From Octopus bimaculoides (Eukaryota): a DNA stretch of 63,941 bases. The notes beneath the pieces are model-generated. The model did no database searches, had not been told where the DNA came from, and saw nothing but the letters and a program-made list of their open reading frames with translations. Of the stretch, positions 24,601-39,851 are shown piece by piece; position 1 is the stretch's first letter, and each line of letters begins with the position of its first letter. The position numbers and the translations under genes were made by a program. The stretch spans positions 16,284,683 through 16,348,623 of the forward strand of contig NC_069008.1 of NCBI RefSeq assembly GCF_001194135.2, in the 5' to 3' direction.

Positions 24601-25422
24601 TACACACCTATCCATCGATTGATCGTACGTACCGGATCTTTTATCTGGCTTCCAGAAATCCGTGAATATTTATACCGTGTATTGAGTATTCGGTTCCGCC
24701 CTTCCTGTCTCTCAAGATGTCCAGGTTTTCAGCATTACCCTTCGTGGGTCCCGGGGGACTGTGGTCTTCCGTGCTGTCACCCCCATCTCTTTAGCTTCTC
24801 TGGTCATATCTAATTCAGATTGCTTTACTCCAGAGCACACAACACTACGCTACAGTGAGCCATGTTGAGCAGAATGTTCCTAAGTAGACTAAGTTTCACC
24901 AAAGGACAGATGGAATGACACTCTAAAGACAATACGGGATAATTTCCTATTTTATGTCCGTAAAAATCAACTCCTAGTTGAAATTGCACAAGTATTCTTG
25001 TTGTAGTTGACCTTATGAGAAATGTCTTTCAGAGACAAATCGTGGGCCCAGTAATACGATAGAAGGATGATATTGAAGAAAGTGAGATGGCTTTTTCGAA
25101 CCAACTGCCTTGACGAATGCTGTTTTTTTTTTTTTTNNNNNNNNNNNNNNNNNNNNNNNNNNNNNNNNNNNNNNNNNNNNNNNNNNNNNNNNNNNNNNNN
25201 NNNNNNNNNNNNNNNNNNNNNNNNNNNNNNNNNNNNNNNNNNNNNNNNTTTGTGCATGTTTTATAGTCTTTCAGGCCTTCCGTACTTATAAGCCAACGGT
25301 CGGCACATATGAGGATTTTTCTCTTTAACTGTATGGTGCGTTAATATATTGGGAGGGGGGGGGGACATCTACTCCAACAGATTGTGAAGTAACCATAGAA
25401 AATATGGCGAATCGTCAGCGAT

Positions 25423-25507
25423 TGGTAAATTTTCAGATAAATACCCGCACGATTTTCGCTAGGGTGTTAGGGTTGCAGCGTGCGGGTGTTAATCTGAAAA
25501 TTTACCC
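25423..25507. mobile_element. Shorter member of the same TTAGGG-bearing MITE family
   Basis: GGTAAATTTTCAGAT...ATCTGAAAATTTACC; TSD AGCGAT; empty site at 33438-33449. Confidence 0.75.
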
Positions 25508-26838
25508 AGCGATATGTGGCCCACATGAGATGGAAATGATTGCTTCATTGAAAGAAAAAGATTGTTTTTCGAGAGATGAGTTTTTTTTCTTTAACCTCTT
25601 TCAGTCCAATCTCCGGACGCACACCCATGTGTACGTACGGACATGCGCGCATACGCGTTTGCTATGTCCTTTTTTACTCCTTTACAATTTATATTATTGT
25701 TTTATATTTTCTTTACACATTTTTGTGTATTTTACCTTTCACCCTGCTTGTTTTTTCATGTGCATGTGCGTATATGAACCTTTTTTGGGCGCGTGTGTGG
25801 GAGTATGTCTTTTTTTTTGGCGAATGTGTGGGTGTGCATGTGTGTCTCTCAAGCGAGTGTGGATGAGTATATGCATATAGGCACATGTGGTTGTGCGTGC
25901 GCGCATGTGTATGTATGGACATACGCGCATACGCGATTGCTATGGGCATAACGGTCATTCTAATAGCTCCTTTGTCTTAATAACAGCCAATCACATAGTA
26001 GTTTCCCTTCGTTTAACTATCATTTTCATGGCATATTTTGTTTTCCTCGGTAACGGAAGAGATGCCGGCATGGGTTTCCGCTCCGACATCAAAAAGTCGG
26101 AGTTTTATCATGGCAACCAAATGATTGTCACATATTATATTTACAGATAAATTCCTCTATTTACATAATATCGAGGTCATTCTTGTGTTGTCTTACAATT
26201 TCTATCTATCTATCTATATATATAACATCATTTATATATTTACGTTATATAAAACTACATACATATATGTAATGTTAAACGGTGTGAAGGTGTAGTTGCA
26301 GTTTACAAATTGTTAGGTTTCACCCAATGTTTAATGATCTCGTTTGTTAATCAATGTAGAAATGTTACAACACTTTCATTTTGATCTCTCTATAACTAAT
26401 ACAGTTTCTTTATTATTTCAGATGACATTGGCACAAAACAACTTTTGTACGTTCGACGCATCTGGTATATTTATCATTTTTCTGTAGACAAAAGGAAAAT
26501 GTTTCAGAGAAGTGATATAGTTAACCAACTGCTACAAATCTAGGCTTGAATTGCTATAAAATATTTGCTCTGATCTGAGGTTCATAACAACAGTTCTCCA
26601 TCTCATTATCTGGTGCTTTTGCATTCTAATTAAACTTGAATATATTTGCAAAACGGTTTGCAGAATTTTAGATATCGGTAACAACAGAGTTAATAGCCCG
26701 TGAAATATTTTGTAAGGAATAAATTATAAGAAGAAGAATAAGAACATTATATGCTGTGTTAAAGAGAAGAAAGATAAGGGAAAAATTTAATGCTGTGAGA
26801 AACGTAAATGGTGGGATCTATTTATATGCCATAGAGAA

Positions 26839-28661
<1,823 letters not shown>

Positions 28662-28834
28662 TTGATTGCATCATTGTCAAAATTCATCAGAACACCCAAC
28701 AACAACCAATATTTTAAAAACGTTTCTACTGCAAAATCATGACTGAGGCTTCATCAGTAATCATTGACCCCTTGACAGTAACCATACAGGTTTCAAGTAT
28801 AAACATACATCTATATCGGTAAAGAAATTGTTGC

Positions 28835-29290
28835 TTGTGTCCATGAGTTGAGTGGTGACGAGCAAGCAAACCAGCGGAGATTGTGGCTCATTGATTTTTG
28901 TTGTCACTTAAAGCGTGCGGAACCCATGCTCCATACTTCTGAACCTTTCCCATCGAGTGAAGCTGCTTCTCTATGGCAGTGTGGGAGCATTCCATTTTCT
29001 CTGCCAGTTCCTTTGTTGTTTGATGATGATTTTCGTGCAAAAGTTGGTTTAATCGCTCTTCATCGAACTCAACTGGACGGCCAGAACGAGGTGCGTCTTT
29101 GAGGTCAAAGTTTCCATTTTTGAACTTGGCATACCAACCACGAGTGGTTCTTTCAGCTATGGCACCCTCTCCATACCCAGCAACAAATGTTGCAATCAGC
29201 TTTTGTGGCATTAGAACCACAATAATTAAATGCAAAAAAAAAAAAAGGTGTTGAAAATGCTCGTTTTCTTAACTTGACATTCCATGTTAA
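28835..29290 (-). mobile_element. Mariner transposase N-terminal fragment
   Basis: WYAKFKNGNFDLKDAPRSGRP...WVPHAL (mariner HTH region and WVPHEL-like motif). Confidence 0.9.
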
Positions 29291-29486
29291 TAATCTGAAA
29301 ATAAACAAAAATTAACTAGAAAACAAAAAAAAAAAAAAAGATTCCAAAATGAAGCAAAAATAGAATTCTTGAAAAAATAAATTCCAAAATTTAAAAACGC
29401 AATAAATTCCAAAATCAAAAAAAACCAGCAGGAACTTTGTTGCCAACTCAATATATAGGAGCAACTATCAACTTTGTATTTTATAT

Positions 29487-29980
29487 CAGAGGTCCCCAAC
29501 CCTCAGGCTGCAGAAAGGTACTGGTCTTTGTAGCATTTGCTACCAGACCAGAAAGAAATTATTAACTTGTTTAAAATTATATAATATTTAAATTGAATAT
29601 TTGACATTAATTGTTTAAATATACAATATTCACCTACTCAGTACAATCTCTCATAACTAAGTACATTTATAATTAAAGTATATTTTTATAATTAGTATAT
29701 ATTTTACATCTACCTTTACTATCTGTCATAAATGTAAGTACATTTTGCAATTAATGTATATTTTTGTTTATTTGTAATAATTTTCAGTTAATTTTATGAT
29801 TTTAAAGAACTTTGCTATATGAGAGTGGAAAAATTATACATTTTATCTTTCTTTTAATGAATTACTCTTTTTATTATTGTTTTCATTATCAAAATGTACT
29901 GAAGTCACACAGTATTGGTCTGATGGAATATTGCTTGTCATGAAGCCAGTCCGTGGTATAAAAAAGCTTGGAGACCACTG
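29487..29980. mobile_element. hAT-like MITE
   Basis: Ends CAGAGGTCCCCAA / TTGGAGACCACTG; perfect TTTTATAT TSD; homologs with the same flank at ~44540-44760 and ~48700-49385. Confidence 0.75.
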
Positions 29981-30097
29981 TTTTATATACATCCTATACA
30001 CAACTGTGTCTTTGTAAGGAAGATAGCTTAGCACTGTGAAATATTTAATAAAATCTTCCTTTCGCAAAGGCTTTGTTATCTCATTCTGTCTAATATA

Positions 30098-30488
30098 TTG
30101 TTGGTGTTGGCACTCCGTCGCTTACGACGTCGAGGGTTCCAGTTGATCCGATCAACGGAACAGCCTGCTCGTGAAATTAACGTGCAAGTGGCTGAGCACT
30201 CCACAGACACGTGTACCCTTAACGTAGTTCTCGGGGATATTCAGCGTGACACAGAGTGTGACAAGGCTGACCCTTTGAATTACAGACACAACAGAAACAG
30301 GAAGTAAGAGTGAGAGAAAGTTGTGGTGAAAGAGTACAGCAGGGTTCGCCACCATCCCCTGCCGGAGCTTCGTGGGGCTTTAGGTGTTTTCGCCCAATAA
30401 ACACTCACAACGCCCGGTCTGGGAATCAAAACCACGATCCTACGACCGCGAGTCCGCTGCCCTAACCACTGGGCCATTGCGCCTCCAC
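30098..30488 (-). mobile_element. tRNA-derived SINE (full length)
   Basis: A box TGGCCCAGTGG, B-box-like GGTTTTGATTCC, (CAA)n tail. Confidence 0.85.
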
Positions 30489-31802
30489 TTGTCTAATATA
30501 TATATGTGCATGCTAATACAAGACCCACATTAGACTCCTCACTCATATCACTATAGAACCAAGAATTTAACTACAGTCTGTCCATAGCGCTTACCTAGTG
30601 TTTCCTGCCACTCTTTGGGTCCTCTGGATATTAATACCTTTCATATATATACATAGACATATATATTATACATTTCATATATATGCATAGACTACGACTT
30701 CAGGAAAAATATGTTCAGCATAAATATACACAATATAAATGTCAACATATTAATCCACATTGTTCATATATTTTAATAACGAACCATGTAATTCACACTC
30801 TGGAAAATGTATTTCTGTAAAATGTTGGGAGTGGGTAAAATTTCTGAAAGTTCCATTTCACCCAACCCCGTTTTCTGGATTCCCAAAAACTGTATTGTGA
30901 CATATTAAGAGGTCACTAGAATTCATTCAACGAAAAAAAGAAAAAATAATTCCAATGATTCCGGGATAAGGGATGTGGGGGGTTCGGTTTCCCACCTCGC
31001 ATATATTCCGAACAAAAATAAGGGGTTTACAGCATATTAGAAAATTAGGGTACTTGATTCCAGGCCAAAATCCAAGTTTTTCCTTTTCTTTTTTTTTCCT
31101 TAGTGAAAATTGCATGGGTGTACTTCCCTATGGGATGGGGGTGAAATTTCCGAGGCTTCCACCCTACCCTGCTCCACCCCGTTTTCTGGACCCCTCCCCC
31201 TAAAGGATTTTATGGCATATTAGGAGGTCACTGGAATTCATTCAACGAAAAAAAAATTTCCAATGATCCCGTGTTAAGGGGGTCGTTTCTCCTCCTCCCC
31301 TTTTTTTCCGAACAAAAAGTAGAGGTTTGCAGTTTATTAGGAGGTCAGGGTACTGGATTCCATGAAAAAATCCGATTGTTTTTTTCTTAGTGAAAATCGT
31401 GCGGTATCAAATCTTCCACAAGGGCAGTGACCAGTGAGAAGATAAGGCGATTATATCAACCCTAGTGCTTCACTGCTATTTATTTTATCGCCCCAAAAGG
31501 ATGAAAGATAAAGAAAAACCCCAGCCAATAAGTATTTCGTCCAGTGCTCTGACGATTCTGACAGCTTGCCTCCTGAAGCAACGTTAATCACAACACATGC
31601 AAACACACACACACAAACACATGAATATGCAGAATACATACATACAAACGTACACACATACATGCATGAAGGCCAACTCTTCAATTAATAAATACTGTCA
31701 TGATATCTTATATGACTAGTAAGTCCTGCTCTTGACAAACAAAATCTACTGCAGACGTTAGAAATATTTTTAAGCAGGAAAGTGTCTGGGATTGTAGTTA
31801 AG

Positions 31803-32383
31803 GGATCTATTTCAAAACGGGGGCACCAGTATTTTCTTAACGAAACACTAACGAAACACTTTGAAACTTGGGACACTGGTAGAATGTGTCATATAAAACA
31901 TCTTTTACTCTTAGTCTTCTTAACAAAAAAACGTACATCGCAAGTTATTCCATGTTAAAGTTGTCGTAGTTCTGTAATTTCAACCAATCACTGACGTCTA
32001 TTCAGCTGAATAGAGTTACTGCTGGGCAGTCATAAAAATGTTATTCCCTGTGACATATTTCATCCGGTTTAATCGTAATTTATACGCATATATTCTTTAT
32101 ATAATAAATTACGCTGTGCGTAACAATTTTAGAGTTAGGGTTAGGGGATTAATACGATATACACCGTTACAGCGCTAACTGTTTTCAACTGAATAGACGT
32201 CAGTGATTAGTAGAAATTATCGAAATAAGACAATTTTTTACATGAAATAAATTCGAATACAAAAATTTTTTTCTGTTCTATAACACAAAATAGATAAGTA
32301 TACGAAGTTTGAAAGTCTTTCGGTATCAAAAACACTACATAAAACATAAATGAAAACTGGTGCCCCCGTTTTAAAATAGATCC
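31803..32383. mobile_element. 581-bp non-autonomous DNA transposon, 8-bp TSD
   Basis: TIR GGATCTATTT(C/T)AAAACGGGGGCACCAGT; TSD TAGTTAAG; empty site near 23900; internal inverted repeats. Confidence 0.85.
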
Positions 32384-32719
32384 TAGTTAAGTCCTGCCTA
32401 CGAAGTGCTCGTTTCAAGATAGATTGTTCAATTCTTCGAGCTTATATATACGCGCGCACAAACAAACAAAAAGAAATTAGCTCGGATAACGGACAGTCAC
32501 CGACTATTGAAAAGGTTGCAAGACTCAACGAAAATTGTAGGAGAAATAAATGAGTGGAAACTTTAGCGGTGAGTGTGTTAAATAACAAAGCACTAAAATA
32601 AAAAGAGTCTCTCCAGACAAAACGAAATATGCTTCGACACACGAAATCACAAAGTATAAAATATATCTTTTAGAACATCATCACCAAGGCCGCTAGTGAC
32701 TAATGAAGATTCGTTAATC

Positions 32720-32990
32720 AGAGCCAGATATTTACCACAGTAACCATGGTGATTTGCATTAAAATATTATTATTATTCCCCTTTATCTCAATATAGTTTT
32801 ACTTACTAGAGAGCGGTGGTTTTACTTTTGTCACATGACAGACTATACTTCCGTTTCCGCCACAATCTTTTTATTTTGACACGGGTGAGTAAATTACAGC
32901 GTGTTTTTATTGTGTTTTCAGGGAGTTTTGGTGTGATTAAATATATTTTCACACTAAATATTGATTTGTATAGTATAACAGGTAAGATAT
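32720..32990 (+). promoter_or_regulatory. Family A promoter and exon 1 (A6)
   Basis: GTCACATGAC 32830-32839; ACTTCCGTTTCCG; donor 32982; acceptor presumably inside the 37.3-37.8 kb gap. Confidence 0.62.
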
Positions 32991-35900
32991 ACACACCTAT
33001 CTATCGATTGATCGTACGTGCCGGACCTCTTATCTGGCTTGCAGAAATCCGGGAATACTGTACCGTGTATTGAGAATTCGGTTCCTCCTTCCAATAGTTG
33101 AAGATGACCAAGTATTCTTGTTGCAGTGGACCTTATGAGAAACGTCTTTCAGAGCGAAGTCGTGGGGCCAGCAATATGATAGAAGGATGATGTTAAAGAA
33201 AGTGAGATGGCTGTTTTCGAACCAACTGCCTTGACAAATTCTCGCTTTGTTTTTGTACGTATTACTGTAACCAAGTTTTACCGTCGTTCATGTCTCCTCT
33301 ATTTATATTGTCCACCTTATATTGGTCTGCACATGTGAGGATTCTTCTCTTTAACTGTATGGTGCGTAAATATATTGAGCGGGTGAGAGATCTACTCTAA
33401 GAGATTGTGGAAGAAACCATAGATAATATAGCGAATCGTCATCGATATGTGGCCCACATAAGATGGAAATGATTGCTTCATTGAAAGAAAAATTTTTCGA
33501 GAAATGAGTTTTTTTTTCATTACCCACCACCGACTCCTAGAGCCGGACCTCCGGACCGATTTTGTAAGCACTATTGCTTTTTCGGTAAAGAAAAAAACAA
33601 ACAAAGGTAACTCATTTCTACAGCTGAGTGAACTGGAGCAGCATGAAATTAAGTGTCTTGCTCAAGAACACAACACAGCCTGGTCTGGGAATCGAACTCA
33701 CTACCTCATGATTGTGAGCCAACGAGCTATGTNNNNNNNNNNNNNNNNNNNNNNNNNNNNNNNNNNNNNNNNNNNNNNNNNNNNNNNNNNNNNNNNNNNN
33801 NNNNNNNNNNNNNNNNNNNNNNNNNNNNNNNNNNNNNNNNNNNNNNNNNNNNNNNNNNNNNNNNNNNNNNNNNNNNNNNNNNNNNNNNNNNNNNNNNNNN
33901 NNNNNNNNNNNNNNNNNNNNNNNNNNNNNNNNNNNNNNNNNNNNNNNNNNNNNNNNNNNNNNNNNNNNNNNNNNNNNNNNNNNNNNNNNNNNNNNNNNNN
34001 NNNNNNNNNNNNNNNNNNNNNNNNNNNNNNNNNNNNNNNNNNNNNNNNNNNNNNNNNNNNNNNNNNNNNNNNNNNNNNNNNNNNNNNNNNNNNNNNNNNN
34101 NNNNNNNNNNNNNNNNNNNNNNNNNNNNNNNNNNNNNNNNNNNNNNNNNNNNNNNNNNNNNNNNNNNNNNNNNNNNNNNNNNNNNNNNNNNNNNNNNNNN
34201 NNNNNNNNNNNNNNNNNNNNNNNNNNNNNNNNNNNNNNNNNNNNNNNNNNNNNNNNNNNNNNNNNNNNNNNNNCAGCTGAGTGAACTGGAGCAGCATGAA
34301 ATTAAGTGTCTTGCTCAAGAACACAACACAGCCTGGTCTGGGAATCGAACTCACTACCTCATGATTGTGAGCCAACGAGCTATGTGCCTTCACACCTGGT
34401 TGCCCTGTGCTTTCAGAGGCCTGTGTAATTGAAAATAAAATCCTTTCTATGAAAAGCCAGAAGATATGGTTCAATAATGTATTTGTGTAATCCATGCTGA
34501 CATGGGGTGGGGGGATAAAAAGTTTCAAAGACAAATGAACAGTTATGTGTATTTGTTTCCGCCACCAATTGCTATATGTAAAGGGCCTACAACGCTTTTT
34601 AACATCCAAACCAGTCAAAATATTCTAGATGAATCCAATAAACGAACAATAACTGATATTATCCAATGGAAAGCTCACCTATTTCTGTCTTCACCCCTCA
34701 CCCCCACTCTCTCTCTCTGGGTAACCATGTACCTTCCCTACGGCAAGACATCCTGTTTCTGTGCTTACTTGTCCTGTTTTCCATTTTTTTCTCATTTCTT
34801 TAAGTATTTCATGTTGTTTGCACCATTGATGACATCCTGTACGATATATTCATGTATATGTGTGTGTGTGTGTGTATTCATGTATATGTGTGTGTATACA
34901 TACATACATATATATATAGTGCCACACCCTAACAGTTGAGGGAACCCGTGGAAGAGGTAGGCCCAGGAAGACCTGGGCTGAGGTGGTGAGGCAAGACCAT
35001 CGTACATTGGGCCTCACCGAGGCGATGACTACTGACCGAGACCTTTGGAAATGTGCTGTGCGTGAGAAGACCCGGCAAGCCAAGTAAGATCGTTGCCAGT
35101 GCCCCTGGACTGGCTCTTGTGCGGGTGGCACATGAGATGCACCATTTTGAGCGAGGCCGTTGCCAGTACCGCCTGACTGGCTTGTGGTCTGGGAATCGAA
35201 CTCACTACCTCATGATTGTGAGCCAACGAGCTATGNNNNNNNNNNNNNNNNNNNNNNNNNNNNNNNNNNNNNNNNNNNNNNNNNNNNNNNNNNNNNNNNN
35301 NNNNNNNNNNNNNNNNNNNNNNNNNNNNNNNNNNNNNNNNNNNNNNNNNNNNNNNNNNNNNNNNNNNNNNNNNNNNNNNNNNNNNNNNNNNNNNNNNNNN
35401 NNNNNNNNNNNNNNNNNNNNNNNNNNNNNNNNNNNNNNNNNNNNNNNNNNNNNNNNNNNNNNNNNNNNNNNNNNNNNNNNNNNNNNNNNNNNNNNNNNNN
35501 NNNNNNNNNNNNNNNNNNNNNNNNNNNNNNNNNNNNNNNNNNNNNNNNNNNNNNNNNNNNNNNNNNNNNNNNNNNNNNNNNNNNNNNNNNNNNNNNNNNN
35601 NNNNNNNNNNNNNNNNNNNNNNNNNNNNNNNNNNNNNNNNNNNNNNNNNNNNNNNNNNNNNNNNNNNNNNNNNNNNNNNNNNNNNNNNNNNNNNNNNNNN
35701 NNNNNNNNNNNNNNNNNNNNNNNNNNNNNNNNNNNNNNNNNNNNNNNNNNNNNNNNNNNNNNNNNNNNNNNNNNNNNNNNNNNNNNNNNNNNNNNNNNNN
35801 NNNNNNNNNNNNNNNNNNNNNNNNNNNNNNNNNNNNNNNNNNNNNNNNNNNNNNNNNNNNNNNNNNNNNNNNNNNNNNNNNNNNNNNNNNNNNNNNNNNN

Positions 35901-37268
35901 NNNNNNNNNNNNNNNNNNNNNNNNNNNNNNNNNNNNNNNNNNNNNNNNNNNNNNNNNNNNNNNNNNNNNNNNNNNNNNNNNNNNNNNNNNCAAGTATACT
36001 ATTGGGAGGGTACCCAATTATTGCTACACTAGTGCTATCCTAGGTGCATTCAATGGGAGCGTGTAAAAGTGGAGGTTTTACCCAAAATTTGTGTAACAAT
36101 TAGAAAATAGAGGATAATATGCTGAACCCGACTACTTGCAGACGATGTATCCCGTTGAATTCATTAATTTAATTCATAGCAAAAGTGACAAAAAAAAGGT
36201 TGAAAAGAAATAGAAAGAACCAAAGCACAGGTGTCCATGGCAGACTATGTTATTTTGCCAACATGGTTTACATATAGAAGTACAAAGTACATAAGGAATT
36301 AGAGGATGTATCTATATTTGTGTGTGTCTGTGTTTGTCCCCCCCTCATTACTTGACAACTAACGTTGGTGATAGAATAAATACTGGGCTTACAAAGAAGA
36401 AGTCCTGTGGTTGATTTCTTCAACTAGAACCCTTTAAGGCAGTGCTCCAGCATGGCTGAAACATGTAACAGAAGAAAAGCATAGATTCAGTTGAATTTTA
36501 TTTATTCATCAATATTTCTTTTTCTTTGATCTATATATGGTCACTTCACCTGCTAGTAACAACAGCTAAATTCCATCCAATTTAAACCTTCTGGTCCTGA
36601 GAATTGAAGATTACTTGCTGATGTAATCCTGGAAATATAATGCCAGATGGAAAAACAGGATAGTCATGGATGGGGTGTCATTGATCATAAGTACACTCAG
36701 TCTTTACTGATCCGGTGGTAAAGAGCAATGACAGTATTTCTTATGAGAAAAGTATATGGTTGTCCACTCTTCTGGACTTCAATATATATATCATCATCAT
36801 GTCACATCCATTGTCATTGCTGGCATGGGCTGAATGGTTTGACCAAGGCTGGGAAGCTGAGGGGCTGCACCAAACTCCTGTCTGATTTGGCATGCTTTCT
36901 ACGACTGGATGCCCTTCTTAACGCCAACCTCTCCGAGAGTGTAATGGGTGCTTTTATGTGCCACCGGCATGGGTGCTAGTTGTATGACACCAGTATCCAC
37001 CATGACTATAATTTGAATTGGCTTGGTGGGTCTTCTCCTCTAGCATGACATATTGCCAAAGGTCTTGGTCATATATCATTGCCTCTGAGAGATCCAATGC
37101 TCCAAAGGTGCCAGCGGCACAGTTGCCTGTTACGTAACACCCCATTGGTCACATTTTTTCTGTGAGGCCCAGGGCTCGTCAGGTACCTTTTAAGTCCCAC
37201 CTGCATTGGTCACATTGTCTCCATGATGCCCTACACTTGGCAGATGGTTTTTTACATGGAACTGACAC

Positions 37269-37300
<32 letters not shown>

Positions 37301-38234
37301 NNNNNNNNNNNNNNNNNNNNNNNNNNNNNNNNNNNNNNNNNNNNNNNNNNNNNNNNNNNNNNNNNNNNNNNNNNNNNNNNNNNNNNNNNNNNNNNNNNNN
37401 NNNNNNNNNNNNNNNNNNNNNNNNNNNNNNNNNNNNNNNNNNNNNNNNNNNNNNNNNNNNNNNNNNNNNNNNNNNNNNNNNNNNNNNNNNNNNNNNNNNN
37501 NNNNNNNNNNNNNNNNNNNNNNNNNNNNNNNNNNNNNNNNNNNNNNNNNNNNNNNNNNNNNNNNNNNNNNNNNNNNNNNNNNNNNNNNNNNNNNNNNNNN
37601 NNNNNNNNNNNNNNNNNNNNNNNNNNNNNNNNNNNNNNNNNNNNNNNNNNNNNNNNNNNNNNNNNNNNNNNNNNNNNNNNNNNNNNNNNNNNNNNNNNNN
37701 NNNNNNNNNNNNNNNNNNNNNNNNNNNNNNNNNNNNNNNNNNNNNNNNNNNNNNNNNNNNNNNNNNNNNNNNNNNNNNNNNNNNNNNNNNNNNNNNNNNN
37801 NNNNNNNNNNNNNNNNNNNNNNNNNNNNNNNNNNNNNNNNNCGTTCGACGCATCTGGTATATTTATCATTTTTCTGAAGACAAAAGGAAAATGTTCTAGA
37901 GAACTGAGATATAGTTAACCAACTGCTACAAATCTAGGCTTGAATTGCTATAAAATATTTGCTCTGATCTGAGATTCATAACAAGATTTTTCCATCTCAT
38001 TATCAGGTGCTTTTGCATTCTAATTAAACTTCAATATATTTGCAAAGGGGTTTGCAGAATTTTAGATATTGATAACTTCACAGTTGATAGCACTTGGAAA
38101 AATTTCTGAGGAATAAATTATAACGAGAACAAAAAGAAAGAAATTACATACTGTGGTGAGAGAAGAAAGATAAGGGGAAAATTTAATGCTGTGAGAAACG
38201 TAAATGGTGGGATCTATTTATATGCCATAGAGAA

Positions 38235-39851
38235 ATGTCTAAAGAATTAGGAAAATCACGACATTGGTGTGAAATCTGTGGTAAATCATTCTCTAAAAGT
38301 AGTGACTTAATTAGACACATTCGTGTTCATACAGGTGAGAAGCCATTTCACTGTGATGCCTGTGGTAAATCATTCTCTCAAAACAATACATTAACTAGAC
38401 ACAAACGTATTCATACAGGAGAGAAGCCATATCACTGTGAGATCTGTGGTAAATCATTCTCTCAAAACAGTGACTTAACTAAACACATACGTATTCATAC
38501 AGGAGAGAAGCCATTTAAATGTAATATCTGTGACAAGACATTCAGTGAGAATAAACAGTTAAGCAGACACAAGCTTATTCATACAGGAGAGAATCCATTT
38601 CACTGTATTATCTGTGGTAAATCATTCTCTGTAGGTAGTGAATTAACAACTCACAAATGTATTCATACAGGAGAGAAGCCATATCGTTGCGATATCTGTG
38701 GCAAAGCATTCTCTAGCAGTAGAGTCTTAAAAGGACACAGACGTATTCATCCAGGAGAGAGCCCATATCAGTGTGATATCTGTGGTAAATCATTCTCTGG
38801 AATTAGTGACTTGACTATACACAAACGTATTCATACAGGGGAAAAACCATATAGTTGTGATATATGTGGCAAAGCGTTCTCTAGCAGTAGAGTCATAAAG
38901 AAACACAAACGTATTCACACAGGGGAGAGGCCATATCACTGTGATATCTGTGGTAAATCATTCTCTGGAATTAGTAACTTGACTACACACAAACGTATTC
39001 ATACAGGGGAGAAGCCATATAAATGTGATATCTGTGGTAAATCATTCTCTGAGAATTCGATCTTAACTAAACACAAACATATACATACAGGACATAGACC
39101 ATATCGCTGTGATGTTTGTGGTAAATCATTCTCTGGATTTAGTGACTTGACTACACACAAACGTATTCATGCAGGGGATAAACCATATAATTGTGATATA
39201 TGTGGCAAAGCATTCTTTGACAGAGTCATAAGAAAACACAAACGTATTCACACAGGAGAGAGACCATATGACTGTGATATCTGTGGTAAATCATTCTCTC
39301 GAAATAGTCACTTAACTACACACAAACGTATTCATACGGGGGAAAAGCCATACAATTGTGATATCTGTTGTAAATCATTCTCTGACAACTCAACCTTAAC
39401 TAAACACAAACGTATTCACACAGGAGAGAGACCATATCACTGTGATGTCTGTGGTAAATCATTCTCTCAAATTAGTGACTTGACTAGACACAAACGTATT
39501 CATACGGGGGAAAAGCCATATCATTGTGATATCTGTGGTAAAGTATTCTCTGACAGCAGAGTCTTAAGAAAACATAGGCGTATTCATACAGGGGAAAGAC
39601 CATATCACTGTGATATCTGTGGTAAATCATTCTCTGGAAGTAGTGACCTGATGACACACAAACGTACTCATACGGGAGAAAAACCATATCACTGTGATAT
39701 CTGTGGAAAATCTTTCTCTGAAAACTCTAGCTTTACCACACACAAACGTATTCATACAGGAGAGAAACCATATCACTGTGATTTCTGTGGTAAATCGTTC
39801 TCTCAGAGAAGTAACTTAAATACACATGCATCTCTCCATGGAAAAGTGTGA
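38235..39851 (+). CDS. C2H2 zinc-finger protein A6 (19 fingers, 538 aa)
   Basis: Intact ORF MSKELGK...SLHGKV*; 5' flank nearly identical to A5. Confidence 0.93.
   Translation: MSKELGKSRHWCEICGKSFSKSSDLIRHIRVHTGEKPFHCDACGKSFSQNNTLTRHKRIHTGEKPYHCEICGKSFSQNSDLTKHIRIHTGEKPFKCNICDKTFSENKQLSRHKLIHTGENPFHCIICGKSFSVGSELTTHKCIHTGEKPYRCDICGKAFSSSRVLKGHRRIHPGESPYQCDICGKSFSGISDLTIHKRIHTGEKPYSCDICGKAFSSSRVIKKHKRIHTGERPYHCDICGKSFSGISNLTTHKRIHTGEKPYKCDICGKSFSENSILTKHKHIHTGHRPYRCDVCGKSFSGFSDLTTHKRIHAGDKPYNCDICGKAFFDRVIRKHKRIHTGERPYDCDICGKSFSRNSHLTTHKRIHTGEKPYNCDICCKSFSDNSTLTKHKRIHTGERPYHCDVCGKSFSQISDLTRHKRIHTGEKPYHCDICGKVFSDSRVLRKHRRIHTGERPYHCDICGKSFSGSSDLMTHKRTHTGEKPYHCDICGKSFSENSSFTTHKRIHTGEKPYHCDFCGKSFSQRSNLNTHASLHGKV

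Noticed and set aside
28745-28765. Other CTGATGA occurrences (also ~4185, ~11757, ~708) as hammerheads
   Set aside because: No helix II followed by GAAA.
30410-30488. tRNA genes
   Set aside because: A and B boxes belong to SINE heads; no complete cloverleaf.
33620-35236. Three identical repeat fragments
   Set aside because: All abut N gaps and are exact copies; likely scaffolding artefact.
38235-39851. 84-bp periodic repeats as a CRISPR-like array or satellite
   Set aside because: They are in-frame C2H2 finger codons.
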